Shown: positions 1 to 10,577, counted from the stretch's first letter. The stretch is 64,000 bases of DNA from an uncultured Bacteriovoracaceae bacterium (GCA_964012805.1 CAXGUD010000006.1:64001-128000); one strand, 5' to 3'. Translations and numbers: made by a program. The notes: a model not told the origin generated them from the sequence alone.

Positions 1-946
1 TGAAAGTTCTAAAAAAAAGGGTCCTATAAGTAGGAAAAGGGAAAGGCAGGTTATAAAGATACTATAGATATCTTGCCAGTGAGGAAGTATTTTTTGTCTA
101 GAGGTTTCCATAAAAAAATTTATAGAAAATGTGATACTTAAAGGCTTTGAAAAAGCAGGTTTTGGTAAAAATTATAAGGAGAATCAACCTTAGGTCAATA
201 AATTCAGTTTATGGTTAGTTTTAAAAAATGAAGTCGATCTAGGAGATAAGGTTGAAATGGTCAACTTTCAAGTTTATAGCGCTTTGATCTTTCTAATATT
301 TTTCTGAATTTTAAGAAGCTTTTCGCTGTTTACAGACTTGAAGTAGGTTTGAAACTTCTATTTTTCTCTGTTTTCTTTGTTCTCTTATTTAACTTTCTTT
401 TACAATGAAATTTGTTATTATTAAGCCTTTTAAGCAAAAGAGAATATTTATGATTGCTTTCTTTTTTCTAGAGAATATTATTTAGCAACTGTTTTAAAAA
501 GTGTAAATCTACTAAAAAAAAGCTAATCAAATATTGAAAAAAAATTAATGTTATTACTCCTAGCTTCTTATCGTTTTCAACATCCGATTTTATTTAAAAA
601 AAATATAGCCCTCAAACTTTTGGTGAAGGAAAAGGTCTTAAGAATCACTTTTTTTTAAATTTTTTACTTATAAGAAAAATGAAGAACAAGATTAAAAAAA
701 TAAGTTAAAGTTTATAGTTTATTAAATACCGTTTGAAAGAATTAAAGAATAGGTTAGTATCGGTGTTCTTTATTTTTATCCTTAATAAATATTTTAACGG
801 CGTTTAATCTGAAGGTTTCAATTTTAAATTATTGGTTTTATATTAAACTTAAAAATTAAAAAATAAAAAATAGGATTAATTAAGTCTAGTCATGATTATT
901 CATTATATTTAAATAAGAATTACAGAAAATTTATTCAGGCGCTACT

Positions 947-1156
947 ATGAAAAATGACTTTAATCTGGATGAAGAAAGGAAAAAAAGTGACGCTAAATTA
1001 TCCAGATATGAAAACGAAGATAGGGCAGGAAAAAAATATGAATTAAAATTGAATCCTTTAGAAATAACAGCTATTCTAATTTTTATTCTAGCAGTTTCTT
1101 TTATTATTTACTCAGAGATAGGTCAAAGGATTAGTTTGGGCTTTGGGATTGGGTAG
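947..1156 (+). CDS. small hypothetical membrane protein (single TM helix)
   Basis: 69-aa ORF, charged N-terminus followed by one hydrophobic segment (ITAILIFILAVSFIIY). Confidence 0.5.
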   Translation: MKNDFNLDEERKKSDAKLSRYENEDRAGKKYELKLNPLEITAILIFILAVSFIIYSEIGQRISLGFGIG

Positions 1157-1275
1157 CCTTTTATGGGCTATGTTAAATTCGACGATTGACTTAAAATAAA
1201 ATCATTTAATTATAGGTATTGAATTCTAAACTAAAACTAACTAAAAAATGAAAAGTAATTAAGTCCAAAAAAAAG

Positions 1276-1598
1276 GCCTTTTTAATCATTGAGGTTATAT
1301 GAACAATTTTATTGATTTTCTGCTAGATGAAAAATTTAGCGTTTTGGTTGTGGGTCTTCCAGGCCATGGTCTTTCTAAAGGAAGGCTTGTATGGGTTGAA
1401 AATATTTTAAAACTTAAGCCAATAAATAAAAAAATTATTGTTTTTCAGGGTGACCAGGATGGTTTTCTTAATTGGGAAAACAACCGAGCTCATCTTAAAG
1501 AAAAATTTCCTCTTATAAAATTTCACCTTAAAAAAAATCCGAACACCAAATCTTTAATGAATCAGGACCAGTTAAAAAGAAATTTTTTTAGTTTATGA
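1276..1598 (+). pseudogene. degraded alpha/beta hydrolase (Hydrolase_4/lysophospholipase-like) remnant
   Basis: GLPGHGLSKG motif runs almost directly into a C-terminal-type VFQGDQD motif; the central GxSxG nucleophile region is missing; upstream in-frame GLFNH*GYM contains a stop. Confidence 0.55.
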
Positions 1599-1607
1599 TA
1601 TTCTTCA

Positions 1608-2510
1608 TTAGAAATTAAAAATATTTTTGGCCACTTTATAAGTATTAATATGAGCTTTTACGGTATGAGATATTGGCTTTGAATAGCCTCCCCCTAAAAC
1701 GAGGGCCAAGGGAATATTTCTTTCTCTTGCAAAAGAAAATATAAATCTGTCTCTTTCAATAATTCCTTGCGCTGTTAGAGATAAATTCCCTAAAGAATCT
1801 TCCTTTAGAACGTCAACACCTGCTTGGTAGAGTATCAAGTCAAAATTTTTATTTTTTAAAGGCCTTAGGCCCTGCTCCAGGCTATTCAGATAATCTTGGT
1901 CCCCAGTATTTTCTTCAAGAGAAATGCTATGGGGGGAGAGGATTTTTTTAAACGGATAGTTCTTTCTGGAGTGAATACAAAAAATAGTAATGTAAGGGTT
2001 GTCGTTAAGTAGACTGGCGTTTCCATTTCCCTGATGAACATCTAAGTCAATGATGAGTATATTTTTCGCCAATTTATCGTGGATTAGCTTTAAACAACAA
2101 ATCGCAAAGTCATTAAAAGCACAAAAACCTTCTCCTTCATCAAAGCCCGCATGATGAGTTCCTCCGGCCAAAAGTCCTGAAAAACCAAATTCTAGCGAGC
2201 TATAACAAGCTTGAAGACAGCCACCGATGCTGGCTAAAACTCTATCAACATACTGGGGGCTCCAAGTAATACCTATTTTCTTTAGCTTTTTTGGCTCTAA
2301 AGTACCTTTTAAAAAACCTTCAACATAATGCGGGGAGTGAGCGAGGTAAAGGTCTTTTTTATCTATTTTGTCAGCAGGTTTAAGGTGATCAATATTTACA
2401 ATATTATTTGAAACTAGACCTTGCCTGATTAGTGAATATTTTTCGACCGGAAACCTATGGCCATGCGGTAAGGGAAATATATAATGATCAGAGTAAAATA
2501 CTTCTACCAT
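1608..2510 (-). CDS. histone deacetylase family protein (HDAC11/class IV-like Zn-dependent amidohydrolase)
   Basis: HRFP, GGTHHA, GFC, DLDVHQGNG, YQAGVD and GGGY motifs. Confidence 0.93.
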   Translation of the reverse strand: MVEVFYSDHYIFPLPHGHRFPVEKYSLIRQGLVSNNIVNIDHLKPADKIDKKDLYLAHSPHYVEGFLKGTLEPKKLKKIGITWSPQYVDRVLASIGGCLQACYSSLEFGFSGLLAGGTHHAGFDEGEGFCAFNDFAICCLKLIHDKLAKNILIIDLDVHQGNGNASLLNDNPYITIFCIHSRKNYPFKKILSPHSISLEENTGDQDYLNSLEQGLRPLKNKNFDLILYQAGVDVLKEDSLGNLSLTAQGIIERDRFIFSFARERNIPLALVLGGGYSKPISHTVKAHINTYKVAKNIFNF

Positions 2511-2563
2511 CTTAAGCCTTAGTTAATAGAAGGAAGGTATAATAATTTTTAAAGAGGTAAAGT

Positions 2564-3343
2564 TCATTCTTTTAAAAGCTCCTGTGCCTTCTCAATATTT
2601 TTAATTATAACATTTGGTAGGTTGACTGAGTGATATTTAAGCTGATCGTCTAAGCGAGGTATAATGGACCTTGAAATAAGTTTACCTAAGATTTCTTCAC
2701 CTTCTGTTGTGTTGAAGGAAACATAACACCAAATTCTTGCCCAGAAGGTTGGATCTTTGCGAAGAGACTTAGCAATATCTCTTTTGTCTGAAATTAAGTC
2801 AAAAAGGTTAAAAAATGCAGCTATCTCACCTTTTTCGATTATGATCTTAACTGCTTCTGTAAAAAAAACACTGCCATTATCATTTATGAACTTTGGTTTA
2901 GCAAAAATAGAAGTCTTTTGAACCCCTTCATCTTCTATGTATGAAGTGATAGCAGGGTTTAAGACACCATCTAGAGCAGGTGGGATCAAAATTTTTGATT
3001 GGTCAGTATTTTCTTGAATTCTGATGAACTCTAAAAATAATTTCCTTTCCCAGATTTTACCAAAAAAAAGCAATAAATTAGGCGATGTATCTAGAGTATC
3101 TCCAAATAGCATACTGTCTTGGGAAATATTAAAATTATTAATAAAGGATTTTTCATTAATTTGAGGAATGCCGTTTATAAAATCTATTTCTCCAAAAACA
3201 GCATCTATAACTGTATCACCAAGGTCATCAAGGGCCATAATTATTTTTAGGGGTCCAAGCGAATCCAAAAGGTTTGAAAAACAATTAAAGTCATTTTCTC
3301 GGATTGAGGAGACTATAGCTTGTGAAAGGTCTTGTTCAACCAT
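2564..3343 (-). CDS. hypothetical protein
   Basis: 259-aa ORF, no recognised motif. Confidence 0.6.
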   Translation of the reverse strand: MVEQDLSQAIVSSIRENDFNCFSNLLDSLGPLKIIMALDDLGDTVIDAVFGEIDFINGIPQINEKSFINNFNISQDSMLFGDTLDTSPNLLLFFGKIWERKLFLEFIRIQENTDQSKILIPPALDGVLNPAITSYIEDEGVQKTSIFAKPKFINDNGSVFFTEAVKIIIEKGEIAAFFNLFDLISDKRDIAKSLRKDPTFWARIWCYVSFNTTEGEEILGKLISRSIIPRLDDQLKYHSVNLPNVIIKNIEKAQELLKE

Positions 3344-3526
3344 TGTTTGACCCTAGATTATTTTAAAAGGAACGAAAACGTTCTATTTTTTATATAACAA
3401 ATCTGCGAAAAGTTCTACACAAACCCCTCTTAAATACACGGAAATATTTATGAGTTCTGAAAAAAAACCATGCCTAGCGTACACTGTTTTAACATACCCA
3501 GGAAAAGAAAAAATAGGGAGAGGGCG

Positions 3527-4423
3527 GTGAAAAAGATTACTTTTACTGAAATAAAAATATTTATTATAGTGGGGTTTTTTGGTTGGGTAAAAAATATTAT
3601 GAGTGATGTTGATGATACAAAAATTAAGCCTAGAAAAACACCAGTAGAGTTAGTTCATGGAAAGAAAGTAAAGTCGACTAAAATGCTCTTTTTTAAGAGC
3701 AAGAGTGTCACAATAAAAATGTTGTTTAATAAAGATGACCTAACTAATGGACTTTATATTCTTAAAAAAGGAGAGATTGTTCCAAAACATTACAATGATT
3801 ATGATAAGGCCTTTTACGTTTACAAAGGCAAGGTAGACCTTTTTGTAAAAGGTGCAAAAAAGACTTTAGTTAAGGGTGATTCTGTTTATATTCCGAAAGG
3901 AAGTGTTACTGAGCTTTCTCAAAAGGGAAGCCAGGTATCCCAAGTTTACTTTTTCTATCCCGAAGGACCTCTTAAAAGTATTAAGCATTATGATGGAGGT
4001 TCTTTAACAAAGGCCAGTGACCGTGATGGAAATAATGTTCGGGTTATTTTTTCAAAAGATGTCCCTTGGGAAAATTGGGATGGGAAAATTAAAGATGGTA
4101 AGATTACACCTCTTGCATGGAAAACTCTTATAGAAAATAAGTCCATGATTTTAGGTATCACAAAAATAGACCCTGGCTATGATGTTGATAGCCATTATCA
4201 CCGTCAAACTCAAGTAGTTATTTTTGAACGAGGGCAGGGTGAAACACATATTAAAGATGGTCAATATGTGCCAGTTGGTGTGGAGAGTGTTATCTACCCT
4301 CCGACCTATTCTACACACCATACAAAAAATACTGGAAAAGAAGCCCTATGGGAAATTTATTTTTTTAATAGCGGGCCATTTTCTAGTATAAAGTATCATT
4401 TTGATAAAAAGAAAAAGCCTTAG
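3527..4423 (+). CDS. tandem (bi)cupin protein resembling DddK/DddW-type cupins; probable GTG start at 3527
   Basis: Two cupin repeats; the C-terminal one has HYH...G.G...VIY.P...H.TKNTG...F..I.Y; GGGAG/GAGG RBS precedes the in-frame GTG; N-terminus looks like a signal peptide. Confidence 0.75.
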   Translation: MKKITFTEIKIFIIVGFFGWVKNIMSDVDDTKIKPRKTPVELVHGKKVKSTKMLFFKSKSVTIKMLFNKDDLTNGLYILKKGEIVPKHYNDYDKAFYVYKGKVDLFVKGAKKTLVKGDSVYIPKGSVTELSQKGSQVSQVYFFYPEGPLKSIKHYDGGSLTKASDRDGNNVRVIFSKDVPWENWDGKIKDGKITPLAWKTLIENKSMILGITKIDPGYDVDSHYHRQTQVVIFERGQGETHIKDGQYVPVGVESVIYPPTYSTHHTKNTGKEALWEIYFFNSGPFSSIKYHFDKKKKP

Positions 4424-4434
4424 CAAAGATTATT

Positions 4435-4471
4435 TGAGCTCTCCTTATTTGTTATAACAAGGAGGGCCCAA
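4435..4471. terminator. hairpin between convergent genes, probable terminator
   Basis: GAGCTCTCCTT...AAGGAGGGCCC imperfect inverted repeat between the stops at 4423 and 4497. Confidence 0.45.
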
Positions 4472-4496
4472 ATTAAATAAATTCAAAAGTTCTATT

Positions 4497-5504
4497 TTAT
4501 TTCTTTTGGCAAATACTTTCTAAAGTGAATGGTTTTGGATCTTTGAGCTCTTTTTTTCTAATTTTTTCTGCTAAATAAAGATAAGAGAATGATTTTTTCT
4601 TAAATTTTGCATAAGACTTCTTAATTTTATTTAATTTTTCTAGTGACTCGCTATTACAGTATTTTTTCATATTTGGTTTGATTTTCTTCCAGAAGCTTGG
4701 TCGAAAATAGTTAGGGTTATAACTTTCATCCAATTCAGGTGTAATGAATGAGCTTATATCAATATAGGTTTTAATAACCCATTTGCCTTCTTCTTTTTTT
4801 AAATTTGGATACTTACCCTCACAAATTCCATAGAAAAGTCTGAGCCCCTGGTAGTTGGCTTCCATATCAGCATAAGAAAAAGTCCCTGCCGAAGAGAGGT
4901 TTAACCCTGTAATAGTCTGCTCTTGAAAAATACCGAAATTAATCGCTTTTTCGATGGCCTTTTTCCTTGCAGCCGTTATCGGAAGGTCTTTTTTGTACCT
5001 CTCAAAAAAGAAGTGGAAGGCTTTATAATAAGTAAAACCAATATAAGTGATATGTGAGATCTTATCACCACCAAGTCTTACTCCAGCAACATTAAAAGTA
5101 GGAGATAGATAGCGGTTATCTCCATTCCCGAAGTCGAATCTTCTTATACCGTAAAAAATAGAGTCTTCGTAAAAAAGCTCACGGTTAGAGTTATACCTTG
5201 GTATCTGATCCATGCCCGGATTATTTCTAAGAGGAACATCGAGAAGGATTGGCTTTCCAAAACTCACTTCTTTTCCAAAAAATTCAGTTAATTTATAGCA
5301 TGACATTTTTTTTGAATTGGCTTTCTTAACCGCTTTTTCAAGCTTAAGTTTAAGGATTTTGTTAATGATATGTTTTGAGTCCTTTATATCTTTACCTAGA
5401 GCAAGAAATTGATCGGTTTCTGATCCAAGTATCGATGGGATTTGTAAGGATAATGAACTCAAAATAAAGGCAATAAAGTATTTCTTGAAAGAGAAGGGGT
5501 TCAA
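4497..5504 (-). CDS. secreted conserved hypothetical protein
   Basis: Signal peptide; GGDKISH and FSYADMEANYQG motifs; TTG start with AGGAG RBS. Confidence 0.7.
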   Translation of the reverse strand: MNPFSFKKYFIAFILSSLSLQIPSILGSETDQFLALGKDIKDSKHIINKILKLKLEKAVKKANSKKMSCYKLTEFFGKEVSFGKPILLDVPLRNNPGMDQIPRYNSNRELFYEDSIFYGIRRFDFGNGDNRYLSPTFNVAGVRLGGDKISHITYIGFTYYKAFHFFFERYKKDLPITAARKKAIEKAINFGIFQEQTITGLNLSSAGTFSYADMEANYQGLRLFYGICEGKYPNLKKEEGKWVIKTYIDISSFITPELDESYNPNYFRPSFWKKIKPNMKKYCNSESLEKLNKIKKSYAKFKKKSFSYLYLAEKIRKKELKDPKPFTLESICQKK

Positions 5505-5743
5505 ATTTAATTCTCCTAGGCTTTTTGAATGTTTAAATGAAGATCTCTTTTAATTTAAAAAGCTTAAATAGGGAAGATGTTCTCATCTTTTTAAGCTTTC
5601 TTCTTTTTTGGGTGAAAAACTCTTTGCAATAAATTTTATTTATTTTCTTTCAGGCTCCGATCCTACTTTCAGAAATAATTAAATAAGTATTATTTAAAAT
5701 TAGAAGCCTATAGGGCAAAGGAAGCCAAAATCTTTTTTTGGTC

Positions 5744-5770
5744 TAAAAGTTGAGAGGTTTTCTCCGATAA
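5744..5770 (+). promoter_or_regulatory. sigma-28 (FliA)-like promoter
   Basis: TAAA-N15-TCCGATAA ending 48 bp upstream of the kinase ATG at 5819. Confidence 0.6.
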
Positions 5771-5818
5771 CGGGAGTGGTCAAAACCACATTTTTTGGGG
5801 CCTAAATAAAGAAAAAAT

Positions 5819-8575
5819 ATGGGTATTAATGATCATCTCACTAGGTTTAAGCAGAGTTTAACCCTTCCAATTTTTTTGGTTTTGCTCAGTTTACTTTTCA
5901 TTTTTGAAGCAAAGTCTAAACCTTCACTGTTAATTAAAGATGGAGTTTTAGATGCAGGTCGAATTTCTTTTGATAGTAACACCTCAGCATCTTTAAAAGG
6001 GAAGTGGTTTTTTTATTGGGATAATTGGGTTCCTGCTGATTCTTTTAGAAATGAGATACCCGAGAATCCATCCTTAATGAACGTTAGTAGTAATTGGCAT
6101 CATTTTAAAGATCCAAAAACGGGGAAAGATGTTGGGCCTTTTGGTAAAGCGACCTATGCATTAAAGGTAAAAGATATTTTAAAAGGAAGCTCTTTTTCTC
6201 TTTATATTAGAAGTCTTTCCAGTTCCTACAAATTGTATATTGTGGATAAGAATGGGGTTCGTTTATGGGAGAATGTAGGAGCTGCTGGAACAAAAAAAGG
6301 TTTATCTATTCCTTGGTGGGAGCCTAGAGTTTTTGACCTTGGAGAATTCGATTCTGACTTCACAATCGTTATTCACCTTTCTAATTTTCACTATCCAAAA
6401 GGAGGAATGTGGAATATTCCTGAATTAGGCTTAACAAAAAAGATAAGAAATGATTTTCAGTGGCGTCTTATGAGAGACTTTTTTTTAATGGGAATCATTT
6501 TTATCATGGGGCTTTATCACTTGATCCTTTTTTCTTTGAGGCCTAATGATAAGCCGAAACTATGGTTTGGACTTTTCTGTATGACAATGTTTTTGAGGTC
6601 CTTTAGCTCAGATCTTTATGTTTTTTATTTTTCCAAACAACCAAATATTTTGTTATTTTCATGGAGCGTAACTCTTGAACATTTAACTAATTACGCAAGT
6701 ATCCTTACTTTACTTGGATTTTTTCAATCAAGTTTTCCGAACCAATTTGGAAGACCCTACCGTCTATCGTTTTATATTCTAAATATAGGGATGATTGTCT
6801 ATATTCTTTTTTCTGACCCAGTATCTATTGGTAAGACTCTTCGGATGGCGCAAGTTTTTGTTTTTGGTTTTGGAACCTTTCTCATTGTTAAATTAATTTT
6901 GGCCGGTTTAAGGGGGATTGAGAATGCTTTTTCTTATTTAGGGGCCTTGAGTGTTATGTTGTGTGCCACGATTTATGATATGATGGCCATTTCTTATATT
7001 GTTCCAAAGCTTTTTGGACTTTCTTATTTATTACCTTATGGATTAGTACTCACTATTTTTATTCAAAGCTATATCATCGCAAAAAGTTCTGCAAAAGCCT
7101 ATAAAACAGCTGAAAAACTTGGTAAAGATTTAGAAAAGGAAGTTTTAAAGAAAACAGATCAAATTGAAAGTCAGTATAAAGATTTTAAGACTCTTCTTTT
7201 TAATCTTGAGCAGGGGTTTTTAGTTTTTGATAGAAATGGACTTGTTAAGGGTGAGTCTACAAAAATCACAAAAGATATTTTCCAAATAGATCCTAAAGAT
7301 AAAAAAATGGATGAAATTTTTAGATTAGAAGGAAAGGCAAAAGAGTCTTTCGACTCATGGCTATCCCATCTATTTAGAGGAATGATTCCTTTTAAAGATC
7401 TTCTTGGGCTGGCCCCAAAGGAATTTAGTAAAATAGAAGGAAAGGCCATTTCTCTTCACTTTAGACCAATTTATGAAGAGGGGTCTAACAAAAAAATTGA
7501 GCGGGTCGTTTGTATCGCTACAGATATTACTGCCCAAAAAGAGGTAGAAGAAAGGTCTGAGTTAGAACGAGATAAAGTCATTATGATTAATAACCTTTTG
7601 GAAAGACCTCTGGAGTTTTTGGATTTAATGACTGAGTCTCAGGAAACCTTTGAAGAGCTTTCAAGAGAAGCCTTTTTAAAAGGCCCAGAATCATTATTCC
7701 GGGCGGTTCATACTTTAAAGGCCCGTTTTGCCTCTTTTAAGATTAATGATGTTGTTAAGGGAATCCATAACCTTGAGACCAATTTAGATAATTACAAAAA
7801 AAGTGGCGCTTGGGATGAGACAATGGCAAGGGTCGTTTCCGGTTCAATCAATGATATTGATTTTCAATTTAAAAAGTTTTTAAAAGAAAACAGGAAGCTT
7901 GTTGAGGTTGCTAATAATGCTATTAACTCAAGTGAAGGGGCGGAAGATTTACAAAAAGCTAAAAATGAGCTTTTAAGTTTTTACAGTAGCATTTCAAAAA
8001 ACTTGATCTTAAAAAATGTAGCGGATTCTTTTAGGAAATTTGTAGAACCAACAAAAGAATTGGCCCAAACCCAGGATAAGGTTGTTAATATTTCAATTGA
8101 AGAAACAAATATTCATATTAATCCAGAAAAATACAAAAGCTTTTTTTCTGGCCTTCTCCATGTCTTTAGAAATGCCGTTGATCACGGAATTGAATCGAGG
8201 GAAGAGAGAGAAGATAAGGGAAAGGACATTGAAGCTTCCATTAAAATATCATTTAAGGAGGAGGGAATTTCTCGTTTTTCAATTTATATAGAAGATGATG
8301 GTGGTGGCATTGACCCTAAAAAGATAAGGGAAAAAGCTTTAAATCTACCTGACTTTAAAGAACATCCAATGGTTAAGGGAGATGATTCTGAGATCATACA
8401 ATGCATTTTTGAACCGGGCTTTTCTACAAGGGACGAAGTTTCTGAAGTAAGTGGTCGGGGCGTGGGAATGGATGTTGTTAAAAAGGAAGCTTTAAAAATT
8501 GATGGCCTTATAAAAGTAGAGTCGACTTTAGGTAAAGGAACAATTTTCAAAATTGAATTGCCTATTTTGAAATAA
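5819..8575 (+). CDS. 7TM-DISM sensor + PAS-like + Hpt + CheA-type HATPase (class III histidine kinase, no CheW domain)
   Basis: LKGKWFFYW extracellular domain, seven hydrophobic segments, Hpt FRAVHTLKA (H631), HVFRNAVDHGIE, DDGGG, IFEPGFST, SGRGVGM; protein ends right after the HATPase. Confidence 0.88.
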   Translation: MGINDHLTRFKQSLTLPIFLVLLSLLFIFEAKSKPSLLIKDGVLDAGRISFDSNTSASLKGKWFFYWDNWVPADSFRNEIPENPSLMNVSSNWHHFKDPKTGKDVGPFGKATYALKVKDILKGSSFSLYIRSLSSSYKLYIVDKNGVRLWENVGAAGTKKGLSIPWWEPRVFDLGEFDSDFTIVIHLSNFHYPKGGMWNIPELGLTKKIRNDFQWRLMRDFFLMGIIFIMGLYHLILFSLRPNDKPKLWFGLFCMTMFLRSFSSDLYVFYFSKQPNILLFSWSVTLEHLTNYASILTLLGFFQSSFPNQFGRPYRLSFYILNIGMIVYILFSDPVSIGKTLRMAQVFVFGFGTFLIVKLILAGLRGIENAFSYLGALSVMLCATIYDMMAISYIVPKLFGLSYLLPYGLVLTIFIQSYIIAKSSAKAYKTAEKLGKDLEKEVLKKTDQIESQYKDFKTLLFNLEQGFLVFDRNGLVKGESTKITKDIFQIDPKDKKMDEIFRLEGKAKESFDSWLSHLFRGMIPFKDLLGLAPKEFSKIEGKAISLHFRPIYEEGSNKKIERVVCIATDITAQKEVEERSELERDKVIMINNLLERPLEFLDLMTESQETFEELSREAFLKGPESLFRAVHTLKARFASFKINDVVKGIHNLETNLDNYKKSGAWDETMARVVSGSINDIDFQFKKFLKENRKLVEVANNAINSSEGAEDLQKAKNELLSFYSSISKNLILKNVADSFRKFVEPTKELAQTQDKVVNISIEETNIHINPEKYKSFFSGLLHVFRNAVDHGIESREEREDKGKDIEASIKISFKEEGISRFSIYIEDDGGGIDPKKIREKALNLPDFKEHPMVKGDDSEIIQCIFEPGFSTRDEVSEVSGRGVGMDVVKKEALKIDGLIKVESTLGKGTIFKIELPILK

Positions 8576-8812
8576 TTATTTTTCTTTAAAGTTATTTTGC
8601 GTTGTGGTGTGATTGAGCCCATAGTTTTACGATAAAAATTACCCTAGACCCATTGTTGTTTTTTCTGTTAAATATCAACCTATGACTTTTTTTAATTCAG
8701 AAAACCTTTCTCTTTTTTTTCTGCTTTTGTGCCCTCTTGCTGCACTGCTATTCTCTTTTTTACTTGCGCTAAAGAACTTTTAAACCTAGTTTGACCCAAA
8801 AACTGGTTCAAG

Positions 8813-10519
8813 TTGGTTTTTACAAAGGATAAAAAGGTGAGTAGGCATCATATTAAGTCACTCTTGGAGTTTTTTTGTTTTCGTATTGTCTTACTAACTT
8901 CCTTACTTTTTAGCTGTCAGACAGGTCGCCTAAGCAAACCTTTGGTCCAAAATGAAAATGCGACGAAGCCCAAAAACGTTATCCTTTTCATTGGTGATGG
9001 AATGGGCCCTCAACAACTAGGACTTCTGTTAGCTTATGCTCAAAAGGCTCCTGGGTCTTTTTACAAGGGGAGAAAAACTTCTTTTGAAAAAATAGCAGGC
9101 CACCCCTATGGAAGGATGGGGCTTATGACACATAACCCTTCTGGTGCTATTGTTATCGATTCTGCAAGTGCTGCATCTCAGATTGCAACGGGTGTTCCAA
9201 CTCTTAACGAAGTTGTGGGCCTTGATACAAAGTGGAGGCCAGTTGAAACTGTTTTAGAACAAGCTAAAAATAGTGGAAAGTCAACCGGTCTTGTTACTGA
9301 TACAAGGTTAACTCATGCAACTCCTGCTGCATTTGCTTCTCACGTTCCTCATCGAAGTCTTGAAAATGAAATTGCCAAGCAAATTGTAAACTCTAGAAAT
9401 GTCGACGTTTTATTGGGAGGTGGTTTAAGGCATTGGATTCCAAAAAGCGTAGGAAAAGACAATGAGGTTACAAAATCATTAAAGGATTTAATTGGACCTA
9501 ATAGTGAACATTTTAAACTCAAATCAAAGCGTAAAGATGAAGTGAACCTCTTGCTAAAGGCCCAAAAAGGTGGGCACGAACTGGTTTTTGATAGAGACCA
9601 ACTGGAAAAGTCTGAGGTTAAAAGCAATAAACTGTTAGGTCTTTTTTCCTATTCAGGAATGGAAAATGGCCTTTCTCATAGAATTAAAAAAAATAACCCT
9701 CAAAGAATTTTTCCAACTTTAAAAGACATGACTAAAAAGGCCTTGAATGTTTTAGAGCGAAATCCTAAAGGTTTTTTTCTTATGGTTGAAGCTGGTCAAA
9801 TTGATTGGGCCGGTCATCAAAACGATGCGGGCACAATGTTAAATGAAATGGTTAAATTTGATGAGGCCATCGCTGCTGTCTTGGAGTGGGTAAAAGGAAG
9901 AAAGGATACTGTTGTTATTGTTACGGCAGATCATGAAACAGGTTCCTTTGGCTTTAGTTATTCAAAAAGTAATGTGGTAGGCTCTAGAAAACTTCAAGAG
10001 GAGGAATATAAGAATAGCCCTTTTAAGCCAAATTTTAATTTTGGTCCCTTTTCTCTCCTCGATAGAATTTACCATCAGAAAAAGACTTTGGTTGAAATTA
10101 TAAAAGAATTTAAAGACTCTAAAAAAGGGTTGGATCACTTAATATGGCTTGTTGAGAAAAATACCTCTTTTAAAATAACCATGGAAGAGGCCCGAAAAAT
10201 TATGGAAGTTGAAGATAATAACTTCTGGGTTAAAAACCATAAATACCTAAGCAAAAAAAGAATACCAAAAGTTGAGGGTCCACTAAAGAGCTTCTACGTT
10301 TACCCAGGTGATGCCCATGCGAATAATTTAGGTCTTATGCTTTCAGAAAAGCAAAACACCGTTTGGGGGACTGGCACACATACAAACACACCTGTCCCTC
10401 TCCTATTCTTAGATACTTCAAATTCTCTCATCGGAAAAACCAAGCTTGGAAGTTTGGTATCTAATACTGACTTGGGAAAAATATTAAAAAACCTCGTTGG
10501 GAAAGAACTTAAACTTTAA
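8813..10519 (+). CDS. phoA: alkaline phosphatase (PhoA family, Vibrio-type), probable lipoprotein; start may be GTG 8837
   Basis: FIGDGMG, DSASAA (catalytic Ser), THATPA, EAGQIDWAGHQND, TADHETG, GTHT; lipobox LFSC. Confidence 0.92.
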   Translation: MVFTKDKKVSRHHIKSLLEFFCFRIVLLTSLLFSCQTGRLSKPLVQNENATKPKNVILFIGDGMGPQQLGLLLAYAQKAPGSFYKGRKTSFEKIAGHPYGRMGLMTHNPSGAIVIDSASAASQIATGVPTLNEVVGLDTKWRPVETVLEQAKNSGKSTGLVTDTRLTHATPAAFASHVPHRSLENEIAKQIVNSRNVDVLLGGGLRHWIPKSVGKDNEVTKSLKDLIGPNSEHFKLKSKRKDEVNLLLKAQKGGHELVFDRDQLEKSEVKSNKLLGLFSYSGMENGLSHRIKKNNPQRIFPTLKDMTKKALNVLERNPKGFFLMVEAGQIDWAGHQNDAGTMLNEMVKFDEAIAAVLEWVKGRKDTVVIVTADHETGSFGFSYSKSNVVGSRKLQEEEYKNSPFKPNFNFGPFSLLDRIYHQKKTLVEIIKEFKDSKKGLDHLIWLVEKNTSFKITMEEARKIMEVEDNNFWVKNHKYLSKKRIPKVEGPLKSFYVYPGDAHANNLGLMLSEKQNTVWGTGTHTNTPVPLLFLDTSNSLIGKTKLGSLVSNTDLGKILKNLVGKELKL

Positions 10520-10535
10520 AAATCAGCACCGAAAA
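10509..10535 (+). promoter_or_regulatory. possible sigma-28-like promoter
   Basis: TTAA-N15-ACCGAAAA upstream of the second kinase. Confidence 0.35.
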
Positions 10536-10577
10536 GAATAGAAGCCATTAATATCACAAAACTTTGAGGGTTTTTGA

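Noticed and set aside
1..946. Replication origin or structured RNA in the long AT-rich stretch
   Set aside because: I found no DnaA-box cluster, no origin-associated genes and no convincing GC-rich stems
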